A DNA stretch of 64,000 nucleotides from assembly GCF_030373185.1 (NCBI RefSeq), contig NZ_JAUCZH010000002.1:290151-354150 (forward strand), in the 5' to 3' direction. Source of the stretch: Tabrizicola sp. (GTDB lineage Bacteria > Pseudomonadota > Alphaproteobacteria > Rhodobacterales > Rhodobacteraceae). Positions 50,573-59,791 of the stretch are shown in pieces. The notes beneath the pieces are model-generated. The model was not told the DNA's origin. It searched no databases and saw nothing but the letters and a program-made list of their open reading frames with translations. The first letter of the stretch is position 1. Every line of letters begins with the position of its first letter. Made by a program: the position numbers and the translations under genes.

Positions 50573-51676
50573 TTGTACGGCATCACGCCCTCTGCCCGCC
50601 TGCGGCCGTCGCCCTTCTACGAGGCGACGGTTCGCGAAGGGGTCACCAACTTTACCACCTACAACCACATGCTGATGCCAACCGCCTTCGGCAACCCTGA
50701 AGCCGAATACTGGCGCTTGATCAACGGAGTCAGCCAATGGGACGTTGCGGTGGAACGCCAGGTCCAGTTGAAAGGCCCCGACGCAGGCAGGCTGGCGCAG
50801 ATCCTCGCCCCCCGCGATCTGGCGAAACAGAAGGTCGGGCAAGGGAAATACGTTCCGCTCTGCAATCATCAAGGCATTCTCATCAACGATCCGATCTGCC
50901 TGAAGCTGGCCGACGACCTGTATTGGCTGTCGATTGCTGACAGCAACATCTGGTTCTGGGCCGGGGCCATCGCCGCAGAGCGGGGTCTGCGCGTCGAGGT
51001 CAGCGAACCCGATGTCTCGCCCATGGCCATCCAAGGACCGAAGGCCGAGGACGTCGTTGCCCATGTCTGTGGCGACTGGGTGCGTGACGTGAAGTACTTC
51101 TGGTTCCGCGAGACGGACATCAACGGCATCCCCGTTGTAGTGCAGCGATCCGGCTGGTCGAAACAGGGCGGGTTCGAGATCTACCTGCGCGACGGGACCA
51201 AGGGCGCCCGGCTCTGGAACATCTTCCGCGAGGCTGGCCAGCCCTGGGGCATCGGCCCGGGCGGACCCAACTGGTGCGAACGGGTCGAGTCGGGGTTGAT
51301 TTCCTATGGCGGGGACACAGACGCCACCACGAACCCGTTCGAGGTTCGGATGGGCAAGTTTGTCGATCTGCATGTGCCAGATGACACCATCGGCATCCAG
51401 GCCTTGCGCGTAGTGGCCACCGAAAGGCCCAAGCGGCATTCGCTGGGGGTTGTTCTGGATGCAGGCGACCCGGTGGCGCCAGGCTTTCATTGGAACCCGG
51501 TTTTCATGGACGGAAAGAAGGTTGGCTGCATGACCAACTGCATCTTTTCCTACCGGATGAAGAAGAACATCGGGTTTGCCCTGATCGATGCCGACTGCGC
51601 CATCGGGGACCGGGTCGAAACCCGGGTCAGCGGTGCGATGCAGCCCGGCGAGCTGACCGACCTACCCTTCCTGTGA
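50573..51676 (+). CDS. DmdA-like THF-dependent demethylase (GcvT family), copy 2
   Basis: TTG start with GGAG RBS; YNHM, WDVAVERQV, EPDVSP, RSGWSKQGGFEIY, PNWCERVESGLISYG. Confidence 0.85.
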   Translation: MYGITPSARLRPSPFYEATVREGVTNFTTYNHMLMPTAFGNPEAEYWRLINGVSQWDVAVERQVQLKGPDAGRLAQILAPRDLAKQKVGQGKYVPLCNHQGILINDPICLKLADDLYWLSIADSNIWFWAGAIAAERGLRVEVSEPDVSPMAIQGPKAEDVVAHVCGDWVRDVKYFWFRETDINGIPVVVQRSGWSKQGGFEIYLRDGTKGARLWNIFREAGQPWGIGPGGPNWCERVESGLISYGGDTDATTNPFEVRMGKFVDLHVPDDTIGIQALRVVATERPKRHSLGVVLDAGDPVAPGFHWNPVFMDGKKVGCMTNCIFSYRMKKNIGFALIDADCAIGDRVETRVSGAMQPGELTDLPFL

Positions 51677-51772
51677 AATCATGAATGACTTCATGCGCAA
51701 TCCCCGTGACCTGCCCCCCGGAAGTTCCCTCAGTCTGATGTAGAGTCTGCCCAACCTGAGGGAGCAGACGAC

Positions 51773-52039
51773 ATGAGGAAAAGCCGTTTCACCGAGGCGC
51801 AGATTATCGGAATGATCAAGGAGCACGAGGCCGGGATTTCCGTCGCCGATCTGTGCCGCAAGCATGGCGTCAGTGATGCGACCGTTTACAAGTGGAAGGC
51901 CAAGTATGGCGGCATGGATGTCAGCGAGGCCAAACGGCTGAAGGGTCTCGAGGACGAGAACGCGCGCCTGAAACGGCTCCTCGCCGATGCGATGCTCGAC
52001 AATGCCGCGCTGAAGGATCTCTTGGGAAAAAAGTGGTGA
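51773..52039 (+). CDS. IS3 transposase OrfA
   Basis: [44 protein letters not shown]. Confidence 0.92.
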   Translation: MRKSRFTEAQIIGMIKEHEAGISVADLCRKHGVSDATVYKWKAKYGGMDVSEAKRLKGLEDENARLKRLLADAMLDNAALKDLLGKKW

Positions 52040-52962
52040 CGCCCGCCGGAAAGCGGCAAGCGGTTGCGCATCTGGTGGAGGGCCATGGGATGAGCGAGCG
52101 GCGGGCGTGCCGGGTGATCGGCTGTTGCCGGATGACCATGCGCTATGAGGTGGTCCGCCAGGACAACCCTGTGCTGCGGGAACGGCTGAAGGAATTGGCC
52201 AAAGCCAGACGCCGGTTCGGGTATCGTCGGCTGCATGTCTTCCTGCGGCGCGAGGGTCACGAGGTGAACCACAAGCGCCTGTTTAGGATCTACCGCGAAG
52301 AACAGCTGCATGTGCGCCGCCGCGGTGGGCGCAAGCGGGCCATGGGTACACGGGCATCGGTGGTGCTGCCGCTGCTGCCAAACCAGCGCTGGTCGCTGGA
52401 TTTTGTCTCGGATCAGTTGACGGACGGCCGCCGGTTCAGGATCCTGACCGTGGTCGATGACTGCACCCGCGAATGCCTTGCCCTGATCGCCGACACTTCG
52501 CTATCGGGGGCACGGGTGGCGCGGGAACTGGCGGCGCTGTTCGATACCCGTGGCAAGCCCCAGACGATTGTCAGCGATAATGGGACCGAGTTCACCTCGA
52601 ATGCGATCCTGAAGTTCGTGGATGATCGCAAGTTTGACTGGCACTACATCGCACCCGGCAAGCCGACCCAGAATGCCTTCATCGAGAGCTTCAACGGCCG
52701 CCTGCGCGACGAACTCTTGAACGAGACCCTGTTCCCGTCCCTGCATCATGCCCGCGCCACGCTCGCCGCCTGGCGCACCGACTACAACACCGAACGGCCC
52801 CACTCCCGCCTCGGCTGGCAGACCCCAGCCGAGTTCGCACAAACCTTCGCCCCGCAACGGGGCCTGACGCTGCGAAATCTGCAAAGCTCCGCGCCAGTCC
52901 CCGTTGCCCAACCCGCCCGATTGGGCAAAACTCAAACCCGGTGTCTCGCTCACGCTGGATAA
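52036..52962 (+). CDS. IS3 transposase OrfB (DDE), joined to OrfA by -1 frameshift
   Basis: [40 protein letters not shown]. Confidence 0.92.
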   Translation: MTPAGKRQAVAHLVEGHGMSERRACRVIGCCRMTMRYEVVRQDNPVLRERLKELAKARRRFGYRRLHVFLRREGHEVNHKRLFRIYREEQLHVRRRGGRKRAMGTRASVVLPLLPNQRWSLDFVSDQLTDGRRFRILTVVDDCTRECLALIADTSLSGARVARELAALFDTRGKPQTIVSDNGTEFTSNAILKFVDDRKFDWHYIAPGKPTQNAFIESFNGRLRDELLNETLFPSLHHARATLAAWRTDYNTERPHSRLGWQTPAEFAQTFAPQRGLTLRNLQSSAPVPVAQPARLGKTQTRCLAHAG

Positions 52963-52980
52963 AAGCTGGGGGCAACGTCA

Positions 52981-53424
52981 GCCGAAACCGTCTGTCGCTG
53001 TGATCGAGGATCTGGATTACCCCAATTGCATCGGTGCTTATTGGGGCGAGATAAACACAACCGTTCACAAGGGCTTTGGCGTGTCGGGCGCGCTGACCAA
53101 TGGCGTCGTGCGCGATCTCGGCGACCTGCCTTCCGGCTTTCCGGTTATCGCGGGTAGCGTTGGGCCAAGCCACGGCTACGTCTATGTCCGTTCAGTTGGA
53201 CTGCCGGTGCGACTGATGGGCCTTGAGGTGCGGCAGGGCGATCTGGTCCATGCAGATCGCCATGGTGCGGTCGTAGTGCCGTCAGATGTTGTCGCAGCGC
53301 TTGGGCAGGCTATTGGCAAGCTGCAGGCGACTGAGCGGATATCCTGGACCCCGCCCGAACGCCTGGCTTCGACTTCACGGCCTTCGAACAGGCTTGGGCC
53401 GACTTCGAAGCCGCGCGGACCTGA
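52981..53424 (+). pseudogene. RraA/HMG-aldolase family gene, 5'-truncated at the IS end and frameshifted
   Basis: VAVIEDLDYP..GAYWGE...GALTNGVVRD...GDLVHADRHGAVV; 1-nt shift near 53340 before ILDPARTPGFDF...AART*. Confidence 0.8.
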
Positions 53425-53437
53425 AAGGGCACCGCCA

Positions 53438-53908
53438 TTAGACCTTAGGGTCGGGGTTCTCGGTGTGGCCGTCGATCACCATGACCTGCCCCGATACTCG
53501 TGAGCCGCTGTCGGATGCGAGGAATAGCGCCATGGACGCGACTTCGTTAGGGCGCGCGAAGCAGCGAAGCGACGTGCCTTCCAGGTAGGCGTTGCGGACG
53601 GCCCTGGGTGTCGTGCCTTTCGCCGCAGCTTCGCGCGCGATGACACCGTCCATGCGCGGCCCCTCAACACAAGCGGGAGCGATAACATTGGCGCGGATGC
53701 CGAATGGCCCCGCCTCCATAGCCACGGTTTTCATCAGGCCGTTGATCGCCCATTTCGATACGACATAGGGGGCGCGATAGGGAGTGCCGAAAATGCCGGA
53801 CGTCGACCCCGTGAAAAGGATGCAACCCCGCCTAGCGGCCTTCATCATCGGCAGCTCACCTTGCACGGCTAAGATGGCACCCGTCAGGTTGACATCCAGA
53901 CAACGGCG
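53438..53908 (-). pseudogene. SDR C-terminal half
   Basis: DVNLTG, GSTSG, PYVVSKWA, RANVIAP, FLASD..SRVSGQVMVIDG; no Rossmann GxxxGxG motif. Confidence 0.8.
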
Positions 53909-54429
53909 ATAGGCATCATAGATGCCTCGCTGTTCGGGGGTCAGCGCATGTTCCAGCATCTCATACTCGACGCCATCGCCGGAGAGCGACCGAGCGGTGT
54001 AGAGGCCAAGCGACCGCAGGTCGCGGGCGAGGACTTCCATCGCGGCGACCCCACCCGCCTCAATGGCCTCGACGAATTCCGACCTGGTGGCGAACGGAAA
54101 GTCCTCCCCGCCCCAAAGGCCGAGGCGCTGCGCACAGGCGAGGTTGTGCACCGAAGTAGCACCCGTGGCCGAAACGTAGGCCACGCGGGCATTCGGCAAT
54201 TTGTGCTGGAGGCGCAAGCCCGCCCTGCCCTGCTACGACGCCTCGGTATCACCGCGCTCGCACTTCGACCCGGCGGCGTTCGCAATGGCATGCCTTTCGT
54301 CAAGCAGGATCACCCCGTCGAAATCCGCCCCCAACCAGTCGACGATCTGGTCAACGCGAGATTTCTTGGCGCCGCGTTCTTCGGACCGCAGCGTCGCGTA
54401 GGTGGTGAAGAGAACGCCCTCGGTGAGGC
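53909..54429 (-). pseudogene. Internal fragment of a strawberry-notch-like helicase/NTPase (ICE/plasmid type)
   Basis: EGVLFTTYATLRS, RVDQIVDWLG.DFDGVILLDE.H, RVAYVSATGAT..HNL, RLGLWGGEDFPF, ARDLRSLGLY.ARSLS; in-frame TAG at 54233. Confidence 0.8.
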
Positions 54430-54660
54430 CACGTCCATCGTGATGCCATCGCAAAGGCCCCGCACAGTGCGCGCCAGGGTCACGCGGTGGCACCACGGGC
54501 AATTCAGCGCCACGAACAGGTGATAGCGGCCCGGCTCGGGCGGGAAGTCCGGATCGCCTATGGAATGGCGAAAGCCGCTGACGCCGCGCACGAATTCGCC
54601 CCGTGCGCGGCGTTCTCCGGCATCCGACTGGTCTTCTTCGGTCGAGATGTCCCTTGTCAT
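54426..54660 (-). pseudogene. 5' fragment of a glutathionyl-hydroquinone reductase (YqjG/ECM4-type GST)
   Basis: GEFVR..SGFR...PEPGRYHLFVALNCPWCHRVTL; breaks off after ITMDVA. Confidence 0.8.
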
Positions 54661-54662
54661 GG

Positions 54663-55229
54663 CTATCCTCTCAGCCGGTGGTGCAGGATGATCGGGACGG
54701 CCAGGTCTTCTTCATCCGTCAGGTGGCGGTTCAGAAAGGCCTCGATGACACGGCTTGTGCCATGCACGGCACCGGCCTCGTCGCGGGCCTGCGACTCGTC
54801 CAGCACCGCCAGCTTGATCACGCGGTTGGCTTGCCGGGTAAAGTCATCCAGCACCCTGTCCAGATCCGCGTGATCCTGTTCCAGCACATCGAGGCCGGCC
54901 GCGAACTGCGGATCAGCTGCCGCTAGCTCGGGGAAATAGCTGCGGTCTTCCCAGCGATGATGGCCATGCAGGTTCCCGACCAGGTTGCCGCCACAATAGG
55001 ACAGACGCCCGGCATAGTCGTCAAGGTCCATGTCCTTGTTCAGCACGGCTTCGGTATCCAGCCGGATGCGTTCGGCCACGCGGCGGAACATCCGGTGCGC
55101 GCCCAGCCAGTGCCGGGTCTTGCCGCGGAAACCGGGGTGCGCTTCCCAGCTGTCGCGAGGATAGCGCGCCAGCAAGGTCTGCATCTCTGGGGGCATTCCG
55201 GTTTCGCGGATAGGATAGGTATCAAGCAT
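54663..55229 (-). CDS. Hemerythrin-like (HHE) domain protein
   Basis: Diiron-type motifs AH..FR, HGHHRWED, EQDH, HLTDEE. Confidence 0.8.
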   Translation of the reverse strand: MLDTYPIRETGMPPEMQTLLARYPRDSWEAHPGFRGKTRHWLGAHRMFRRVAERIRLDTEAVLNKDMDLDDYAGRLSYCGGNLVGNLHGHHRWEDRSYFPELAAADPQFAAGLDVLEQDHADLDRVLDDFTRQANRVIKLAVLDESQARDEAGAVHGTSRVIEAFLNRHLTDEEDLAVPIILHHRLRG

Positions 55230-55300
55230 GTTTCAGCTCCTTTCGGCGCAGAGATGGGGCCGTTCTGATCGTCCCACCAGATTGCCTGCCGCCATGGCCG

Positions 55301-56839
55301 CTATGCAATTGGCGAAACACCTGCGAAGCGAATGCCGCTCAACTCGGCGACGTCACGTTTCCACGCGGTGATGTCGCGCGGGGTGAAGCCCGACAAGCTG
55401 TCATGGCCACAGGCGCGGGCCAGCACCTGCATCAGTTCCACGCTGGCCCCGAAATACCGCGCCAGACGTTCGGCGCCGATTTGCACATCCAGCCGCTTGC
55501 GCAGTTCCGGTTTTTGCGTCGCCACGCCCACGGGGCAGTTGTTGGAATTACACATGCGCGCTGCGATGCAGCCCACGGCCTGCATGGCGGAATTACTGAC
55601 CGCAACAGCATCCGCACCAAGCGCCATGGCCTTGGCGAAATCCTCGGGCATGCGCAGACCGCCCGTAATCACAAGCGTGACCTCGCGCCCGGCCCTTGCG
55701 TCGAGGTGCCTGCGGGCGCGTGCCAAGGCGGGGATCGTCGGGATCGAGATGTGGTCGCGGAAGATCAGAGGGGCCGCCCCCGTGCCGCCGCCGCGCCCGT
55801 CGAGGATGATGTAATCGGCACCGGCCTCCAGCGCGAAGTCGATGTCATCCTCGATATGATTTGCCGACAGTTTGAAGCCGATGGGAATGCCGCCAGAGCG
55901 TTCGCGCACCTGATCGGCCAGCCGCCGGAAATCGGCGGGCGTCCGAAGGTCGGTGAAAGTGGCAGGCGAGATCGCGGCCTGTCCCGGCTCCAGGCCGCGC
56001 ACTTCGGCGATCCTGCCTTGCACCTTTTCCCCGGGCAGATGGCCGCCGGTGCCCGTCTTGGCCCCTTGGCCGCCCTTGAAGTGGAACGCCTGCACCCGCG
56101 CGACATGTTCAAGCGACCAGCCAAACCGCGCCGAGGCCAGCTCGTAGAAATACCGCCTGTTTTCAGCCTGTTCTTCGGGCAGCATGCCGCCTTCGCCCGA
56201 GCAAATGCCCGTGCCCGCCATCTGGGCACCCCGCGCAAGGGCTGTCTTGGCCTCCTCCGACAAGGCGCCAAAGCTCATGTCGGATACGAACAGCGGGATA
56301 TCCAGCTGCAACGGCTTGGCTGCGCGCGGGCCGATGGTGACAGAGGTCGCCACGGCCGCGTCATCCAGCAGCGGCTTGCGCGCCATCTGGGCGGGCAGAA
56401 TCTGAATGTCGTCCCAACGCGGCAGGTCTTTGCGCGGCACACCCATCGAGCCCATCTCGCCGTGGTGGCCGAGCTTAGACAGCCCGTCTTTCGCCAAGGC
56501 ATGGATCCGCGCGACAGTGGGTTCTTCGGGCGTCGCTCTGGCTTGCGGAATGTCGGATTGAGGTGCAGGTGCCGGATTTCCGACCGTCGCCTCACCAAGC
56601 CGAATGTGCGAGCCGTCACAAAACGGGCCGTTCGCGGTGGCCTTGCACTGGCACAATGCGGCATCGCCATCCTTTTCGGCGGTGAATTTTAAAGGGCCGA
56701 TGTCGGTGCCCGCATGACTGCCATCACAAAAGGGCTGGCTTTTGGACCTGCCACACTGGCACCAGAAGTAGTCCTTGCCCTTTTCGAGCGCGACCTTGGA
56801 CGGTGCTTTGCCCGCAATGATGGGAACGGCTTGGGTCAT
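55301..56839 (-). CDS. FMN-dependent glutamate-synthase-like protein (GlxD-like) with two N-terminal CDGSH Fe-S domains
   Basis: CQCGRSKSQPFCDGSH and CQCKATANGPFCDGSH; SDMSFGALS, GEGG, GQGAKTGTGG, DGRGGGTG, CIAARMCNSNNCPVG. Confidence 0.85.
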   Translation of the reverse strand: MTQAVPIIAGKAPSKVALEKGKDYFWCQCGRSKSQPFCDGSHAGTDIGPLKFTAEKDGDAALCQCKATANGPFCDGSHIRLGEATVGNPAPAPQSDIPQARATPEEPTVARIHALAKDGLSKLGHHGEMGSMGVPRKDLPRWDDIQILPAQMARKPLLDDAAVATSVTIGPRAAKPLQLDIPLFVSDMSFGALSEEAKTALARGAQMAGTGICSGEGGMLPEEQAENRRYFYELASARFGWSLEHVARVQAFHFKGGQGAKTGTGGHLPGEKVQGRIAEVRGLEPGQAAISPATFTDLRTPADFRRLADQVRERSGGIPIGFKLSANHIEDDIDFALEAGADYIILDGRGGGTGAAPLIFRDHISIPTIPALARARRHLDARAGREVTLVITGGLRMPEDFAKAMALGADAVAVSNSAMQAVGCIAARMCNSNNCPVGVATQKPELRKRLDVQIGAERLARYFGASVELMQVLARACGHDSLSGFTPRDITAWKRDVAELSGIRFAGVSPIA

Positions 56840-56971
56840 GACAAATATCCTTGGTGATCTGGCCAAAGCCTTGGCCATGTGCGGGTCGCGAACTTGCAAG
56901 CTGCGGGCGGGAACGGGCCTTGCATGATCTGGCTGCAAGGCTCGCCCATCTGTCGAATGCTCCTGCTGATT

Positions 56972-57352
56972 TTAGTCCTTTTGACTTTCCCGAACGCGCT
57001 TTCCTGAAGAATAAGCAAGAAGGCTCAGAATGATGGCAGAGCCGGACACAAGCGTCATCAACGTTCCGGGAACGAAATTCACAAAGTCACCCAAATCCAT
57101 GAAGACGAAATAGCCAATATCAGCCAGACCACCGACGATTCCGGTGAACAACATCGCCGTCACTGACCCACTCCAGATGTAGAACGCACCCACCAGGGTG
57201 AATGTCCCGATCCAGAGCAGATTCAATCCATGCTGGTTGATCAGGACCCCCACGGCTTCGTGATAGGGGGCGAGAAGCAGTGCCGGATCGACTGCATCCG
57301 CAACGGTCGCGATGGCAATGATATTGCAAGGTAAGGACGTGACGGCTTCCAA
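56972..57352 (-). pseudogene. Membrane protein of unknown function, probably 5'-truncated
   Basis: Hydrophobic C-terminal part looks genuine, but the ORF begins immediately after the DoxX stop with no RBS. Confidence 0.45.
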
Positions 57353-57724
57353 TCAGGAGCGCAGGTCTTTCGCTTGGCCCAGAACCTCGGGGATCTGATC
57401 GCGATGAACGTAGAGAACCGCAGTGCAGAGCAGTCCCAGGACAATCGCGGGAACCGCGGAGGGGCCGAGGACAAGCCAGTGTGTCAGAACCGCGCCGACC
57501 ATCGTGCCGCCCAGAACGGCGGCCCCGATGACCTGGCGGCGCGGCAGCCAGAGCAGACCGGCGCCGACGATCTCGACGATACCAGTGAAGTAACGAAAGC
57601 CCTGACCGAACCCGATCTGATCGAAGGTAGCGACCATCATCTCGACCCCGGCAAGCTTTGCGCCGCCTGCGCCGAAGAATGCGAGGGTCAGGAAGGCGCG
57701 AAGGCCGAGTGAAAGATACGTCAT
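57353..57724 (-). CDS. DoxX-family membrane protein
   Basis: GGAG RBS; GGAKLAG, FDQIGFG, GIVEIVGA, GAVLTH. Confidence 0.85.
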   Translation of the reverse strand: MTYLSLGLRAFLTLAFFGAGGAKLAGVEMMVATFDQIGFGQGFRYFTGIVEIVGAGLLWLPRRQVIGAAVLGGTMVGAVLTHWLVLGPSAVPAIVLGLLCTAVLYVHRDQIPEVLGQAKDLRS

Positions 57725-57834
57725 GTCTTTCTCCAACAAAGAGTGTTTGCGTTGGCCCTAACGTGCTATGTACAATCTCTGCAGACAATGCGCGGAAACC
57801 CGTCATTTGATGCGCGCAAAATTGGCATAGAGTC

Positions 57835-58722
57835 ATGGACAAATGGGCAGAGCTGCGGACAGCGTACCATGTTGCCAGGTTAGGCACCGTCAGCGCGGCG
57901 GCCGAGGCGCTGGGTTTCCATCGCGCGACGGTGAACCGCCATATCGACGTGCTCGAGGCTGAACTGGGCGCACGGATCTTCATTCGCCACAGCCGAGGCT
58001 ACGCGCTGACCGAGTTGGGGCAGGACGTACTGCGAGTCGCGAGGAAGACCGAAGAACTGACCGAGGATCTTGCTGGGCGGGTCAAGGGCGCGGGTTCGCA
58101 GATCGAAGGCGAGATCAAGCTGACACTCCTCGCCCCTTTTGCGGCGATACTGATGCAACCGATTGCCAGTTTCAGAGCCAAGAACCCCAATTGCATGGTT
58201 TCGATCAACGTAAGCGAAGACCTAGCCCGGCTCGAATACGGCGAGGCGCATATTGCGCTTCGCGCCGGGCCAAAACCGGACCACCCTGACTATGTCGTCA
58301 GCAGTTTTGGACGGGTCGGGTTCAAGCTCTATGCCCATGACAGCTATGTTCGCCGGCTTGGGCGGCCGGAAAGCGAGGCCGATCTTCAGGGCCACCAGTT
58401 TGTCGTCCCGCAATCCTTGAACGGCCGTCAGCCGTATTTGCCTTGGATCCATGAGCACGTCCGGCCTGAAATGATCGCACTGTCATGCCGCCATTTCGAA
58501 ATTACCCATTCCGCAGTTCGCGCAGGCATCGGCATGGGCTTCCTGGCCGACCATGAGGTGCAGGGCGATCCGGATTTCCACCGCATACTGACCCCGAACA
58601 AGGCCTGGTCCGGAACCCTATGGCTCGTCACCCATGTCGATCTGCACCGCACCGAGAAAGTGCAGGCAATGCTTTCATGCATCAGGTCGGCGCGTCAGGG
58701 CTCTGTTGCACAAATCGGGTGA
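57835..58722 (+). CDS. LysR-family regulator; last codons supplied by the IS5 end
   Basis: HTH GTVSAAAEALGFHRATVNRHIDVLE; C-terminal GSVAQIG* is read from the IS inverted repeat. Confidence 0.88.
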   Translation: MDKWAELRTAYHVARLGTVSAAAEALGFHRATVNRHIDVLEAELGARIFIRHSRGYALTELGQDVLRVARKTEELTEDLAGRVKGAGSQIEGEIKLTLLAPFAAILMQPIASFRAKNPNCMVSINVSEDLARLEYGEAHIALRAGPKPDHPDYVVSSFGRVGFKLYAHDSYVRRLGRPESEADLQGHQFVVPQSLNGRQPYLPWIHEHVRPEMIALSCRHFEITHSAVRAGIGMGFLADHEVQGDPDFHRILTPNKAWSGTLWLVTHVDLHRTEKVQAMLSCIRSARQGSVAQIG

Positions 58723-59723
58723 TGGATGGGGTTCCCCTCACCCCGGACGGACTCATCTCACGGCTTCAGTGACAGGTATGCCAAGCGCGGTGAAGCCGTT
58801 CAGCACGGCAACCCGGATCTGGAACTCTGCAACCTGACGGTCAAAGTCCCGTGCGGCCAGTCGCTGACCCAGCAGTTTCACACAGTGCATTTTGGTTTCG
58901 ACGCGGCTTCGGCGGTGATAGCCGCTCCATCGTCGCCAGATGGTTCGGCCGAAGCGCTTTGACGCTCGCAAGGCTTCATTGCGGGCGATTGCGCCCGGGG
59001 TGTCTGGCTTCCACGGCTTGGCGTTCTTGCGGGGCGGAATGATGGCGGCAGCACCTCGGGCAGCGATGGCATCGTAGCACTTGCGAGTGTCGAAGGCGCC
59101 ATCGGCGGTGACGCTGGCGATCTTCTGGTCGGGCAGCATGGGCGCGTCGCCGACGTCGCTAGTGGTGAACTCGGCAGCCTGGATTTCGAGTGTTTTCTCG
59201 TCAATTCCGATGTGGATCTTGCGCCAGACGCGGCGCTTCGTGCCACCGTGCTTGCGGGCGTTCCATTTCCCTTCGCCTTCAACCTTGATGCCGGTGCTGT
59301 CGATCAGCAGGTGCAGGGGGCCCTGCGACCCGCGATAGGGGATGTTGACCTTCAGTGACTTCTGGCGGCGGCTGAGGGTGCTGAAGTTCGGCACCGCCCA
59401 GTCAAGGTCGATCAGGTGCAGCAGGCTCTCGACGAAGCCGGTCGTCTGCCTCAGTGCCATGCCGAACAGCACCTTCATTGTCAGACAGGTCTGGATATCA
59501 GCGTCGCTGTAGTCAGGCTGTCGGCCGCGTTTGCCTGTCGGCGCAGCCTCCCGGATCATGGAGGGATCGAACCAGATCGTCAGCGAGCCACGGCGCTTGA
59601 GCGCTTCGTTATAGGCTGGCCAGTTTCGGGTTTTGTAGGAGGGGGTATGGGTCTGCTCATGCCCACCAGCTACCACACTGGATTCACAAGATGAATCCCT
59701 CTTGGGATTTGTGCAACAGAGTC
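58699..59723 (-). mobile_element. IS5-family (IS903-like) insertion sequence
   Basis: 18-bp IRs GGCTCTGTTGCACAAATC / GACTCTGTTGCACAAATC; no flanking duplication. Confidence 0.92.
58753..59660 (-). pseudogene. IS5/IS903-type DDE transposase, probably defective
   Basis: NWPAYNEALKRRGSLT, LLIDSTGIK, WRKIHIG, TADGAFD, YHRRS.VET; native ATG at 59660 is out of frame; segment before ADG looks shortened. Confidence 0.75.
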
Positions 59724-59791
59724 ATCTGGAGAGGTTATTTCACCGTCGTGGCCGCCTGAAAGAGGCTTGCCGGGCAAAATTTTTTCGACAT

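Larger units (their letters stand above)
51707..52980 (+). mobile_element. IS3-family insertion sequence (IS407-like group)
   Basis: TG...CA ends with imperfect IRs (TGACCTGCCCCC / TGACGTTGCCCCC); orfA and orfB; A6G slippery site at 52027-52033; no exact target duplication (CCCG vs GCCG). Confidence 0.92.

Noticed and set aside
53438-54217. 259-aa ORF as a genuine novel helicase-dehydrogenase fusion protein
   Set aside because: Both parts are incomplete (no Rossmann motif, partial NTPase) and an in-frame stop lies just upstream; treated as a recombination scar.
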